Source: a virus. Taken from it: a stretch of 64,000 bases of DNA. The position numbers were made by a program, and so were the translations under genes. Below, piece after piece: positions 1 to 10,773 of this stretch (the first letter of the stretch is position 1; each line of letters begins with the position of its first letter). Where the stretch lies: the IMG/VR virus record IMGVR_UViG_3300022074_000015, positions 22,371 to 86,370 of that record; one strand, 5' to 3'. The notes below the pieces were generated by a model. The model did not search any database and had not been told where the DNA came from. It worked only from the letters and a program-made list of their open reading frames with translations.

Positions 1-2
1 AT

Positions 3-3000
3 AATTATTCTACAGACCACACTTATCCTAGAACAACTGACCCAATTTATGATACAGCAGTGCCTATCACTGTCGTTGATGGTGATACTTTTACTGTTGC
101 TACTGGTCGTTCTATTGGTGGTGCGATTTCATCTAACAATGAAATCATCTATAACTTTGCCGATAATGCTAAGGGTGGTTCAACATATTATGATCCGTCT
201 GTAGATGAAACAACATTAACACTTAAATACGATACTTCTCACTTAGATCCTTTAGATCAACTTCAAATCTTCATTGACATCCAAGAAGATAAGATTAATT
301 TTTCAGAAACCTTTACTGATCCTGTAAGTAAGTTAAGAGTTTCAAACCCACAAAACCTTATTGATACTGACTTTGAATATGGTCTACAACCAACTAAGTG
401 GGAAACGGTAGAACTAGTTAACAATATTCCGTCTTTCTTTGCTGACGCAAGTAATTATTCTATTTCCGATGTAACGTCAGTTACCTCAACTGCTAATAGT
501 GAAAACATCACTGTATCAACACTAGAGGATCATGGTCTGACTGTAGGATCTCCAATTGATGTTCAGGGTCTTACTTCAAGAACTGCTGAAGGAAAGTATC
601 TTGTTACAGCAATTATAAGTAACACGCAGTTTGTTTATAAAGCAAAAGCAGTTCAGGAATCCTCAAAAACAATCAACGGAACTTATACGGTTATAACTCC
701 TGGTGAATTCTATTCTGGTTCAGATATTAACATAAAACCAGAAACTGGTATTGAAACTGATGGTGTAACGCCATCTGCTCTAAAAATTAATACTGACTAC
801 CATCATGGATTTGAGCGTGGTTCGAGTTTGTATCTTACAAATACAGTTGGTTCAAGAAGATTAACTATTGAAGACACAACAACAGATACTGCTCCTGATG
901 GAAGACCTTATGTTGATTATGTAGACACTCTATCAACAACTTTGACAGTTGATTCCTCTTTGACTGAAACTAGACAAATGACAGGAACTTATGCGCATAA
1001 GTTTGTGTCTAGTGATGTTAACATTGCCAATAATACAATTTTTTGGAATAATCATAAGCTTCAAGCAGGTGATGTTCTCCTTTATTCTGCTCCCTCTTCA
1101 GGAACTGCTATTGGTGGTCTCAATAATTTTGATATCTATTATGTAAAGTCAACACCAACCACAAACACCGTCACTTTATGTGAAGTTAGCGGCGGCAACT
1201 ATACTGGTAATGCTACCATTAACTTCAATAGTGCTGGTGATACAACTTACGGCAGGCATGAATTAGTTCTAGGATACGAACTATATTATGCTAATAAGCA
1301 ATATAGAAGTTATTATATTAATTATCGGACCAGAGCTTATGGTTATGGATCTGGTTCTGGTCGTGACATGAATACACGCTCTACAGATTCTAGCGGAAAT
1401 AGTGGTTATTGGGGTCTTGGTGGTGAGAAACCAGAAAGATTCTTATTCGCATCTAAGAGTGGATATATTAGTTCTACTTACGTAAATGCATCATATTATG
1501 GAACAAGTAGAAATGGTAACTTCCAATTTGGAAGTCCCAATCTCGGATATAATTTCTTAGAAGACTTTGAACGATTTAACTCTACAAGTTCTTATGAGAG
1601 ATATTGTACTGGAAATGGCAGCTCTTACAATAGTAATTTTAGTTTCCAACAAAGATATTTCCAAGGATATTTTACTGGTAGCACATACTACTGGGGATCT
1701 TATGCAACTTCGTTCTCTCTTGGAACTACTTTCTATTTCCCACTAAAAACAGATCCTGAAGCAGATAGTCTATACATACCCAATCATGGAGTACAAACTG
1801 GTTCATCGGGAACATTGACAACCACGTCTGGTTCTAATATTGTTCGTAGAACTGATACAAGTAAAGCATATAATGTAACTCCAACAACTACTAGCTTTAC
1901 TGGAGGAACAACAACACTCACCAGAGTTTCAACTAACAGAATTAGATTGAATGATGCCTCAAGACTTCATACAGTTGCTGGTGAATATCAAATTGCCGCT
2001 AACGTTACCAATCCAACTAAGAATAGTTTCTACTTTGATTCTCATGAATTATTTAATAATCAAGAAGTAACTATTAGTAGTAGCACGGGTTCTGTCCCTA
2101 CATCGAGTAGTGGTCCTGTTGCTTTATCTGATAGTCTTTTACAACCAATTTATGATGCTGTCAAGACTGCCATGGATAGTATTAAAACTGTCATGGGATC
2201 TGATTCTGGAAGAATATTATTTAATGGAAGTTCTCATTATTATCCAATTAGAAGTAGCAGTAATTACTTTGATAATGCTTATCAGTATTTTATCTGGTAC
2301 ATGCAATATATGAGAGTTAATGGACCTGCTAGTGTTAGAAGCTCATACTTTGGAAGCACTAATTTTGCTACAGGAACCCCATGGGATCCATTTGCTTCAA
2401 CTTCACTCGCTGGAAAGGGTTATTATCATATATGTACACCGTATATAAGTAATTCATATACTCCATATCATATTAATATGTGGCAGATTCCTAATCCACA
2501 GGATGAAGGTGCTACCACAACTCAGATGTATGTTGATAGTAGATTTGCTTACCACTATGCTAGAAATGGTCAACCAGGATATGAGAATAATAATTATAGT
2601 AACTGGATAAACCTCTCTGATGGTTGGCAATATACTTATGAAACAAACTATTTTTCCCCTACTAGTTCTTATCATGGATATCTGCACATGTATATCATCC
2701 TGAGCAATACAGGATGGGATGGGCATCAAGCTTCATGGTCAACTAATCTTTATTATCCAAGCAGTCGTTACTTATATGCTTATACTACTGGATATGGCGG
2801 AACAAGATATGCCATTGAAGTTATACTTCCTATTAAAGGTTCGGCAAGTAGCAGTGGGTATGGTGTTAATGGATCGGTTATAAACAATGCTACTGTGGCA
2901 TCTACCATAGTAAATCAAATCAAGAATGACTTAACAAATCCAGCTCTGGCTCCTAATTCAATCGTCCGTGTTAATCCAATTAACAATAATAGATTTTCTA

Positions 3001-5981
3001 TTAAGACTCCTGGTGAAGTTGAATATGATTTAACTAGCTCTGGAACGGCACCAATCGCATTCCAAACTGGTGAAATTACTGGTGGTTTAGATGGGTACTT
3101 TACAATTGATGCTAAAGATGCCACTTCATTAACTCATTTTTCCTCTTCTGAGATTCCCAAGAGAACTCTAGATCTCACTGATACAAACATAGTTGATATT
3201 GGTGGTATCGTCTACATTAATAAAGGAAACTTCAAAATGAAGAATCAGCAGAAGTTTGAATACACTGCTTCTTCTGGTACAATCCCTGGACTAACATCTG
3301 GTCAAACATACTATACTGTTTCTAACGGTCCAGATCACTTTAGAGTTGCGGCATCTGCTGCAGATGCTGAATCTGGATCTGTCATTTCAATTGGAACGAC
3401 CACATCTGGTAGCTTTACTTTTACTGTTCCATCTATCTCTGGTATTTCTTCTGCGACTGGAACTATTGGCATCACATCAGATTCAAAAACTATTACCGGA
3501 ACTAATACACTCTTTAAGAGATTCTTTAGAACAGGTGACAATTTTAGAATAAAAGATGAGCAAACACCTCCAGCATATAGAGATTTTGAAATTGCTTCGG
3601 TTATTGATGACACTGAACTAACAATTACCGAGACACCTGGTATTGAAGTTATTGATGGAAATTACTACGTAGAGACGAAAATTAACACAAGACCTGACGG
3701 TACATTTATTCATAGACCATTTGATGGTGGTGTAGAGATTACTGCTGGTACTTCACCTAACAGTTCTATTGTTAGACAGACTCGTAAGTATTTCCGTTAT
3801 CAGTCTGGTAAAGGTATTCAGTGTTCTGTTGCTATTAACTTTAATCCATCACGTATTATCAATAACATTGTTGGAACTGGTAATACTGAATTAAGTGTTA
3901 AAACTTTTATTGTTAATGTTAATAACAATGAGTTAACTTCATATAATATTTCAGGTAATGATAGAGATGGTAGAATCCTTGGAGAAAACAGTGATATTTC
4001 AATCACTAAAGGTGATACTCTTAATTTGATTGTTAATGCTCCATCTCATCCTCTTTGGATTAAAACAGATCAATCTGTAGGAATGGGAAATAGCGTTACT
4101 ACAGGCATAACAAATAATGGAGCTGATCTTTCTACCATAGTATGGGATACAAGCAGTGTTACACCTGGAACATATTATTATAATTGTCAGAATCATGAGA
4201 CAATGAGAGGATCTATTCTTGTTGAGACTGCGGGTATTACAACTTCCATTGCTAAAGCAACCACTTCATATCCTCATGGTTTAACGAGAAGGAATAGTGT
4301 TACTATTAGAGGTTCTAGTGATGCTGCTTATAATGGCACACATCAAGTTCGAGCATCTGATGATTTCACTTTTGAATATTTCGTAGATGGAGAGAATGAT
4401 TCTGTCCCTAATGGTGTTATAGAATATAATATTGATGCTTGGAGTAATAGTGCTGTTCGCACAGGTCTATTTGACTATCAGAATGGAATGTTCTTTGAGT
4501 TTGATGGAACTACTTTATATGCTGTTAGAAGATCCTCGGTGCAGCAGTTAAGTGGTACTGTTTCTGTTCAACCTAATAGTAATATTGTTACTGGTGCGGA
4601 TACTAATTTATCGGGTCAATTATCAATAGGTGATTTTGTAGTAATCAGAGGATCTAGTTATAGAGTAACAAATGTTCCAGACAAGACTACGATTCACATT
4701 CAACCTGCTTATAAAGGTGTAGCATCTTCTGGTGTTATTGTCACTAAGACTATTGATGTAAGAGTTCCACAAAATAATTGGAACATCGATAAGGCGGACG
4801 GATCGGGACCTTCTGGATTTGTCTTGGATATAACTAAGATTCAGATGGCATATATTGACTACTCTTGGTATGGTGCTGGTAAGATTCGCTTCGGATTTAA
4901 GGATGCTAAAGGTCATGTCAAGTACATGCATGAGTTCCTTCATAATAATGTTCTTGAAGAAGCATACATGAGATCTGGTAATATGCCAGGTCGATATGAA
5001 ATTGAAAATACATCTGACGTTCTTCCATCGTTTGTGCCATCATTGTTCCACTGGGGAACTTCTGTTATCATGGACGGTAAGTTTGATGATGACAAAGCAT
5101 ATCTGTTCAGTGCTTCATCAAATTCACTTTCGTTTACAAACGGTGACTCCAACTCAGTAAACGCAAGCAGTGGTTCTTCATTGATAAGAAATTATGATTA
5201 TGGTTTGAGACAATATAAGTGGTATACTAGAATTCCATTCGCAAGTGCTAACGCTAATAAGTTCTCTTCAGGAACTCCACTTTATACTGATGATGGTGGA
5301 TTGAATGGTGAACTGGTTGATTATCTGAGTTATTCTGGTAATACAGTTTATGTTCATATCTTTGTTGGAACCTCCAGATATTATTATCAAACACCAGCTT
5401 CCTATCCAACAGTTTCTAGTGCGGAAGAGGTATTCATTGGTGCTCCATCATCTGGTGGAGATTTGGTAAATCTTCAGGAAGAAGTCCCTCTTATCTCTAT
5501 CCGTCTAGCACCTTCCGTTGATAATAACCTAACAGGTTCTCTTGGACAAAGAGAAATCATTAACCGAATGCAGTTACAGTTGAAGCAGTTGGGTATTACT
5601 TTATCTCATGACTGTACGGTTGATCTGATTCTTAATGGTGCTATCAGTAATAGAAATTTTGTTAACGCAACTACACCATCTCTTTCAGAACTCGTTACAC
5701 ACGTTACTGGGGATAAAGTTATTGGAGGCACAAAGATCTTTTCCTTAAGAGCATCTGGTGGTTCTGAGAACGCGGCAGGTAAGAGATTATCTGCTACTAA
5801 TGACTTTGACATCTCACAGATCACTGACTTAGGTAATTCAATTCTTGGTGGTGATGGAACATTCCCCAATGGTCCTGACTTATTAACGATTGCGATTCGC
5901 CCTATTGACACTGCTGAAATTAACGCTACTTCTCCTCTGGCAGTCTCTGCCAGGGTTACTTGGACCGAATCTCAGGCATAA
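3..5981 (+). CDS. Giant virion structural / tail-fibre-associated protein (5'-truncated), containing a cupredoxin-like segment
   Basis: The frame is open from base 3 (NYSTDHTYPRTTDP...), so the true start is upstream of the window. Cyanophage structural-protein motifs (DTDFEYGLQPTKWE, RQTRKYFRYQSGKG, YIDYSWYGAG); H...CxxHxxM motif at about 4047-4205. Confidence 0.75.
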   Translation, partial: NYSTDHTYPRTTDPIYDTAVPITVVDGDTFTVATGRSIGGAISSNNEIIYNFADNAKGGSTYYDPSVDETTLTLKYDTSHLDPLDQLQIFIDIQEDKINFSETFTDPVSKLRVSNPQNLIDTDFEYGLQPTKWETVELVNNIPSFFADASNYSISDVTSVTSTANSENITVSTLEDHGLTVGSPIDVQGLTSRTAEGKYLVTAIISNTQFVYKAKAVQESSKTINGTYTVITPGEFYSGSDINIKPETGIETDGVTPSALKINTDYHHGFERGSSLYLTNTVGSRRLTIEDTTTDTAPDGRPYVDYVDTLSTTLTVDSSLTETRQMTGTYAHKFVSSDVNIANNTIFWNNHKLQAGDVLLYSAPSSGTAIGGLNNFDIYYVKSTPTTNTVTLCEVSGGNYTGNATINFNSAGDTTYGRHELVLGYELYYANKQYRSYYINYRTRAYGYGSGSGRDMNTRSTDSSGNSGYWGLGGEKPERFLFASKSGYISSTYVNASYYGTSRNGNFQFGSPNLGYNFLEDFERFNSTSSYERYCTGNGSSYNSNFSFQQRYFQGYFTGSTYYWGSYATSFSLGTTFYFPLKTDPEADSLYIPNHGVQTGSSGTLTTTSGSNIVRRTDTSKAYNVTPTTTSFTGGTTTLTRVSTNRIRLNDASRLHTVAGEYQIAANVTNPTKNSFYFDSHELFNNQEVTISSSTGSVPTSSSGPVALSDSLLQPIYDAVKTAMDSIKTVMGSDSGRILFNGSSHYYPIRSSSNYFDNAYQYFIWYMQYMRVNGPASVRSSYFGSTNFATGTPWDPFASTSLAGKGYYHICTPYISNSYTPYHINMWQIPNPQDEGATTTQMYVDSRFAYHYARNGQPGYENNNYSNWINLSDGWQYTYETNYFSPTSSYHGYLHMYIILSNTGWDGHQASWSTNLYYPSSRYLYAYTTGYGGTRYAIEVILPIKGSASSSGYGVNGSVINNATVASTIVNQIKNDLTNPALAPNSIVRVNPINNNRFSIKTPGEVEYDLTSSGTAPIAFQTGEITGGLDGYFTIDAKDATSLTHFSSSEIPKRTLDLTDTNIVDIGGIVYINKGNFKMKNQQKFEYTASSGTIPGLTSGQTYYTVSNGPDHFRVAASAADAESGSVISIGTTTSGSFTFTVPSISGISSATGTIGITSDSKTITGTNTLFKRFFRTGDNFRIKDEQTPPAYRDFEIASVIDDTELTITETPGIEVIDGNYYVETKINTRPDGTFIHRPFDGGVEITAGTSPNSSIVRQTRKYFRYQSGKGIQCSVAINFNPSRIINNIVGTGNTELSVKTFIVNVNNNELTSYNISGNDRDGRILGENSDISITKGDTLNLIVNAPSHPLWIKTDQSVGMGNSVTTGITNNGADLSTIVWDTSSVTPGTYYYNCQNHETMRGSILVETAGITTSIAKATTSYPHGLTRRNSVTIRGSSDAAYNGTHQVRASDDFTFEYFVDGENDSVPNGVIEYNIDAWSNSAVRTGLFDYQNGMFFEFDGTTLYAVRRSSVQQLSGTVSVQPNSNIVTGADTNLSGQLSIGDFVVIRGSSYRVTNVPDKTTIHIQPAYKGVASSGVIVTKTIDVRVPQNNWNIDKADGSGPSGFVLDITKIQMAYIDYSWYGAGKIRFGFKDAKGHVKYMHEFLHNNVLEEAYMRSGNMPGRYEIENTSDVLPSFVPSLFHWGTSVIMDGKFDDDKAYLFSASSNSLSFTNGDSNSVNASSGSSLIRNYDYGLRQYKWYTRIPFASANANKFSSGTPLYTDDGGLNGELVDYLSYSGNTVYVHIFVGTSRYYYQTPASYPTVSSAEEVFIGAPSSGGDLVNLQEEVPLISIRLAPSVDNNLTGSLGQREIINRMQLQLKQLGITLSHDCTVDLILNGAISNRNFVNATTPSLSELVTHVTGDKVIGGTKIFSLRASGGSENAAGKRLSATNDFDISQITDLGNSILGGDGTFPNGPDLLTIAIRPIDTAEINATSPLAVSARVTWTESQA

Positions 5982-6004
5982 ATAAGTAAAAACGTGATAA
6001 AATA

Positions 6005-6754
6005 ATGTCAAAAGTAAGGGCAGACAATTTTACCGACAGATCTGGAGGTGGAGCACCAAATTTTCCTTTTGGACTGCAAACTGTTGGCATTTTAACAGCC
6101 ACTGGGTTTAGTGGAAACTTAATTGGTGATGCTGGGGGACTAACTGGCACTCCAAACATTTTTGTTGGATCAATTAATGCCACTGATGGAACCTTCAGTA
6201 ATAATGTTTCAATTGGCGGCACTTTAACTTATGAAGATGTAACTAATATAGATTCTGTTGGTATTGTAACCGCAAGACATGGAGCAGTATTGGGTGTAAC
6301 TGCGGATCCTACTAAAAGAAATAAGTTAAGAGAAACTTATTTTGATAGTAGTGGTTCCCATGGATCGTTTTTGAAGCAGTCAACTTACTTAACTACAAGT
6401 GCTGCCTCTGGTAATGTAATTCTTAATTTAGAAGATGGAAATGTTTTTTATTATGGTTCAACCAGTAATGCTAACAGTGCATTCTCTATTAACTTTAGAT
6501 ATGATGGCACTACCGCACTATCAACTCAAACAAACACTGGTGATGTAGTTACTGTCACCATATTCTGGTGCTCAACTGGAACGTCATCTTACATTAATGC
6601 TGTAGATATTGATGGTGTAACGCAAACTGTGAATTGGGTTGGTGGTTCTGCTCCGTCCGATGGTTCAGGTAGTAATAAATTTGATATTTACACTTTCACA
6701 ATTTTTGATACGGGAAGTGGTTATTCTGTCTTTGGCAATCAAACAAAATGTTGA
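6005..6754 (+). CDS. Short tail-fibre protein with C-terminal W-x-GG-x-AP domain
   Basis: LTYEDVTNIDSVGIVTAR fibre motif; C-terminus homologous to 8399..8974; late promoter ATAAATA just upstream. Confidence 0.7.
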   Translation: MSKVRADNFTDRSGGGAPNFPFGLQTVGILTATGFSGNLIGDAGGLTGTPNIFVGSINATDGTFSNNVSIGGTLTYEDVTNIDSVGIVTARHGAVLGVTADPTKRNKLRETYFDSSGSHGSFLKQSTYLTTSAASGNVILNLEDGNVFYYGSTSNANSAFSINFRYDGTTALSTQTNTGDVVTVTIFWCSTGTSSYINAVDIDGVTQTVNWVGGSAPSDGSGSNKFDIYTFTIFDTGSGYSVFGNQTKC

Positions 6755-6757
6755 TTT

Positions 6758-7921
6758 ATGATATATCCTAATTACGTAAAGCAAAGTCCTGTTCTTGGTT
6801 TAACAAGTGGTGCTGGTAGTGGTGGAGGTCTAAGTTATTTTACACATTCTGGTGGTGGTGGTGATTCTCTTTATGACTTTAGTTCTTTCTCATTTACAAC
6901 ATCTGGTTTAACTGGAAGAACTGGACCTAACTTGAGCCAATTAAGAACTGCATATGATACTTCAACTTATAGTTGGTTAACTGATACTTCGTTTTTTGAT
7001 GTAGATAGTAGTGCTCAAGGAGTGCAAATGTGGACTGTGCCTGTAGATGGTACTTATAGAATTCAAGTTGCCGGTGCTTCTGGTGGATATAGTTATGATA
7101 CCACAAAACAGAATAGGGTTGGAAAAGGAGCTATTGTAAGAGGTGATTTTTTACTCACTCAAGGGACAATTTTAAGAATAGTTGTTGGTCAAAAAGGTCG
7201 TCCAGTCTCAACATCAAATCCCGATGGACCTCTCACTGGAGAGTCATATAACTCTGGTGGTGGAGGTGGTTCTTTTGTATTTTTCACACTTTCAGATACT
7301 GAACCCTTAATAGTTGCTGGTGGAGGTGGAGGTGGATCATATGATGGATCAGATAGTTATGCTCCTCATGCTTCAATAGACCTAACAGGAAATCCAGGCA
7401 CTGGTGTAAATAATGATGGTTTTAGCTTGTATAGTGGTCTACTTAGTGGTCAGAATTTAGGATATGGTGGCATCAATAACATCTCAAATAACCATAAAGC
7501 AGGTGGTGGTGCTGGATGGAAAGGAAATGGTTTAGGAGGTCATACTAATTGTACCGTGCAATCTCCTTATCATGTTCAAGGAGGATGGTCTAAATCAAAA
7601 TCTACAGATTCCAGTGGTTCGACAACTAATGGTGGAGCATTTGTAGGAGGATGGGGAGGAAATAATCAAGCAGGTGGTGGTTCTCAGCAAGGTGGATTTG
7701 GTGGTGGGGGTGGAGGAACTGGTAGATGTGGTAGTTGTCAGGCAGGTGGAGGAGGTGGATATACTGGCGGTGGAATGGCGTCCAGTAGTAATAGTTCACC
7801 TACCAAGGAGGCGTTAGCTGGTGGTGGAAATTATATTATTTCTTCAGCATCTAATAGAACACATATCGGACTTTCATCCGCAGGTGCTGATGGTTACGTC
7901 AATATAACTAAGTTATCCTAA
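6758..7921 (+). CDS. Glycine-rich adhesin-like protein (polyglycine motifs)
   Basis: Repeated GGGGG motifs, QMWTVP..G.YRI..AGA.GG signature; close paralog of 10770..11882. Confidence 0.7.
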   Translation: MIYPNYVKQSPVLGLTSGAGSGGGLSYFTHSGGGGDSLYDFSSFSFTTSGLTGRTGPNLSQLRTAYDTSTYSWLTDTSFFDVDSSAQGVQMWTVPVDGTYRIQVAGASGGYSYDTTKQNRVGKGAIVRGDFLLTQGTILRIVVGQKGRPVSTSNPDGPLTGESYNSGGGGGSFVFFTLSDTEPLIVAGGGGGGSYDGSDSYAPHASIDLTGNPGTGVNNDGFSLYSGLLSGQNLGYGGINNISNNHKAGGGAGWKGNGLGGHTNCTVQSPYHVQGGWSKSKSTDSSGSTTNGGAFVGGWGGNNQAGGGSQQGGFGGGGGGTGRCGSCQAGGGGGYTGGGMASSSNSSPTKEALAGGGNYIISSASNRTHIGLSSAGADGYVNITKLS

Positions 7922-7952
7922 TCCCCTGATAAATAATTAAAAAAGTAATACA

Positions 7953-8363
7953 ATGTCTAAGGTTAGGGCAGAACAATTTACTAATAAAGCAGGTAACAAT
8001 GGTCCAAACTTTCCGTTTGGTCTAAGTGGTATTGGTATTCATTCTGCTGGAACCACAGTTCATACTGGTATTATTACAGCATTAAATTTTGTTGGTGCCG
8101 GTAACACTTTTTCTGTAACTGGTAGTAGAGTAGATATTAGTATTGCTGGTGGAGGAGGGGGTTTAGGTGAAAGTGCTGTTTCTGGAACTGATGACTTAAT
8201 TGTATCTGTAAGCAACCAGGCAGAAATAACTTCAAATGTAGTTTTAGAATCAACTGAAGATGACACCTTTATGACAAAAAGAAGAGCATTAGTTATTTCT
8301 TCAGGTGGTAGTATTGATGTTGGTAGTGGTGAAGTTATGATTATCAACCCATTTGATATCTAA
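7953..8363 (+). CDS. Small tail-fibre connector-like protein
   Basis: N-terminus MSKVRAEQFT..G..GPNFPFGL shared with 6005; LNFVGAGNT motif shared with other fibre genes. Confidence 0.65.
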   Translation: MSKVRAEQFTNKAGNNGPNFPFGLSGIGIHSAGTTVHTGIITALNFVGAGNTFSVTGSRVDISIAGGGGGLGESAVSGTDDLIVSVSNQAEITSNVVLESTEDDTFMTKRRALVISSGGSIDVGSGEVMIINPFDI

Positions 8364-8366
8364 ACA

Positions 8367-8374
8367 TATAAATA
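8367..8374 (+). promoter_or_regulatory. T4-type late promoter
   Basis: Exact TATAAATA. ATAAATA/CTAAATA variants precede most structural genes (about 5978, 7928, 10178, 11922, 13921, 14390, 20753, 25484, 26567, 42385, 43291, 51495, 54533, 54864, 61140). Confidence 0.75.
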
Positions 8375-8398
8375 CAAATAAATTGATCCAAGTAAGTA

Positions 8399-8974
8399 AT
8401 GTCCATACTTAGAGTAGATAGTATTCGTGATAGAGCAGGAACTGGTGCTCCAGATTTTCCTAATGGTCTTACAGTCACTGGTAATGTTGATATTGGTGGT
8501 GTTCTTACTTATGAAGATGTAACTAATATAGATTCTGTCGGTATTGTTACTGCAAGGGGTGGATTAGTCACCCAAAAAATGTTGAAAGAAGAAGTTAATG
8601 TAACTGCTGGTAAGTTAAGTGATAATACAAACATCTATCTTGAGAATGGATGCGTTCATATTTTCACATCGGCGGAATCAACAACATCTACTCCAGCCAT
8701 TAAATATAATGGATCTACAGATCTTAAAGATAAGATGTCTGTGGGTGAATCAGTGGTAGTAACTCTTATCACTACAGCAAATGCATCAGCGTATTCGGCA
8801 AATATTACTATTGATGGTGATGCAGTAACAGAGAATTGGATAGGTGGTAGTGCTCCAAGTGATGGAGGAGGTTCTGGTGTAGATATTCATTCATTTACAA
8901 TCATTAAAGTTGCATCATCTGGTACAACTGATCAACAATTAACCGTCATTGCAAATCACAGCAAGACTTCTTGA
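8399..8974 (+). CDS. Short tail-fibre protein, paralog of 6005..6754
   Basis: LTYEDVTNIDSVGIVTAR and ENWIGGSAPSDG..DIHSFTI motifs; TATAAATA at 8367. Confidence 0.7.
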   Translation: MSILRVDSIRDRAGTGAPDFPNGLTVTGNVDIGGVLTYEDVTNIDSVGIVTARGGLVTQKMLKEEVNVTAGKLSDNTNIYLENGCVHIFTSAESTTSTPAIKYNGSTDLKDKMSVGESVVVTLITTANASAYSANITIDGDAVTENWIGGSAPSDGGGSGVDIHSFTIIKVASSGTTDQQLTVIANHSKTS

Positions 8975-8986
8975 GGAAGAGTACAG

Positions 8987-10168
8987 ATGTCTTTTTTAAT
9001 ATATCCAACTATCAAAGAATCTCCTTTTCTTTCCATGCTTGGAATGGGTGGAGGAGGAACGGGCACTGCTCTAGGTGGTGGTGCTCTTAATATGAAAGAA
9101 GATTATAATACCAACACGTATTATGTAATAATTCCATATTATTCATCAGCCGCTCCTGGTAGCAAGAATAGAATGGCATTATTTAATCCTACCACAGGAA
9201 AATATGCTGCTGATTTTGAAACTTCTACTAGTTCTGGAAAAATATACAGATTTACGGATACTATTGTAGTAACATCAAATGGTTCTAATTGGTTTAAAAC
9301 TTATAGTTACAGTAATAATTGGGCTGAATCATCTAGCAACTTTTATAGTGGTTACATTGGCGATGAAGTTAAGATCTCTTCTAATACGTTATTCACAGTT
9401 AGTTGGGCATCAAGTGGAAGCTCAACTGCTAATATCAGAGTTTTTTCGGTTGGTCCAAGTGGTCTGACTAATACACATGTTTATTCTCAGAGTAACATAG
9501 GCACTCGTAATAGCGTTTATGGTATGATTAATAATCCAGTAATTGGTGCTCAGGCAAATGTTACTGCTTCAACTGGAATACTCAGTTCTTTATCCAGGAT
9601 ACATGGGAAAGCGCCGCATGATAATAGTTCCAACGCATATGAAAGGAGGTTCGTACTTTCAATTAGTAATACTAGCACTGGTCAGCATTCTGTTTCAGGA
9701 CAGACGTCTAATTCTGGCAATTATTCTCGACCGATTGCTGGTACTGGGTGGGATGGATATTGTTATACATCGGGAATGGATGGTGCAAGAACCTACATTA
9801 CGAATGGAGGCAGTGCTAGCGGGTGGTCTGGGACACAGGTCACACCACCAAGTGATGGATTCCATGGTGTTGGCACTTTAGGAACTAGTGGCAGATTTCT
9901 AACTATCGCGTCATCTGGTGGTACTAGGTATTTTTCTTTTTTGTCATCTGGTGGTAGTTTAAGTTACCAATATACTATTGGTACAAATACTGGCGCAACA
10001 GTTCAGCAATATCCTAATGGCGCAGCAACTTGTGATTATGATGGTTCAGCGGGAAATATTAGGGTTAGAATATTAAATGGAAATTCGTGGTCAACAATGT
10101 ATGCTGCTACCGAATATCCACCGGATCATATGTTTAATTATAATTATAGAAAGATTATAACCTATTAG
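8987..10168 (+). CDS. Putative receptor-binding / tip protein (Ser/Gly/Tyr-rich)
   Basis: N-terminal KESP..LGMGGGG leader resembles that of 6758; the body is unrelated to it. Confidence 0.55.
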   Translation: MSFLIYPTIKESPFLSMLGMGGGGTGTALGGGALNMKEDYNTNTYYVIIPYYSSAAPGSKNRMALFNPTTGKYAADFETSTSSGKIYRFTDTIVVTSNGSNWFKTYSYSNNWAESSSNFYSGYIGDEVKISSNTLFTVSWASSGSSTANIRVFSVGPSGLTNTHVYSQSNIGTRNSVYGMINNPVIGAQANVTASTGILSSLSRIHGKAPHDNSSNAYERRFVLSISNTSTGQHSVSGQTSNSGNYSRPIAGTGWDGYCYTSGMDGARTYITNGGSASGWSGTQVTPPSDGFHGVGTLGTSGRFLTIASSGGTRYFSFLSSGGSLSYQYTIGTNTGATVQQYPNGAATCDYDGSAGNIRVRILNGNSWSTMYAATEYPPDHMFNYNYRKIITY

Positions 10169-10197
10169 ATCTTATTAATAAATAACTAAAAATTCCA

Positions 10198-10773
10198 ATG
10201 GGTTTTACAAAAGTACTTGGAGCGGGTATATCAACAACTACTAATGTACGTGTCGGAGTTATAACTGCCACAAAATTTGTTGGAGATGGTTCTGGACTGA
10301 ATAATTTACCTAGTAGTGGAATATCTGAAGTGGTTAACGACACCACTCCACAACTTGGTGGAAATTTAGATTTAAATTCAAGTGATGTAACTGGAACAGG
10401 AAATATTAATATTACCGGTAATTACACCGGAACAGGATCTGTTAGTGATTCAATGGGACCTGTTAGAAGACTTGGAACTAACACTCAAAGCACTTCATAC
10501 ACTCTTGTTGCTGGTGATGCTGGAAAGGCAATAATTAGAACTGGAGGAGATATAACTGTCCCTAGTTCTGTTTTTACTGCCGGTGATATGGTCACAATTA
10601 TCAATGATGCAGCAACTAGTGCTAGTGTAAATCAGGGTTCTGGTCTTACAATGTATACTACTTCCGAAGCTGCTACAGGAAATAGAACTTTATCTCAAAG
10701 AGGAGCAGCAACTATTTTATTCACTTCTGCCTCTGTAGCGTACATTTCTGGTTCGGGGATGTCTGGCGTATGA
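10198..10773 (+). CDS. Short tail-fibre protein
   Basis: DTTPQLGGNLD motif; C-terminal GNRTLSQRGAATILF..ISGSG domain. Confidence 0.65.
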   Translation: MGFTKVLGAGISTTTNVRVGVITATKFVGDGSGLNNLPSSGISEVVNDTTPQLGGNLDLNSSDVTGTGNINITGNYTGTGSVSDSMGPVRRLGTNTQSTSYTLVAGDAGKAIIRTGGDITVPSSVFTAGDMVTIINDAATSASVNQGSGLTMYTTSEAATGNRTLSQRGAATILFTSASVAYISGSGMSGV

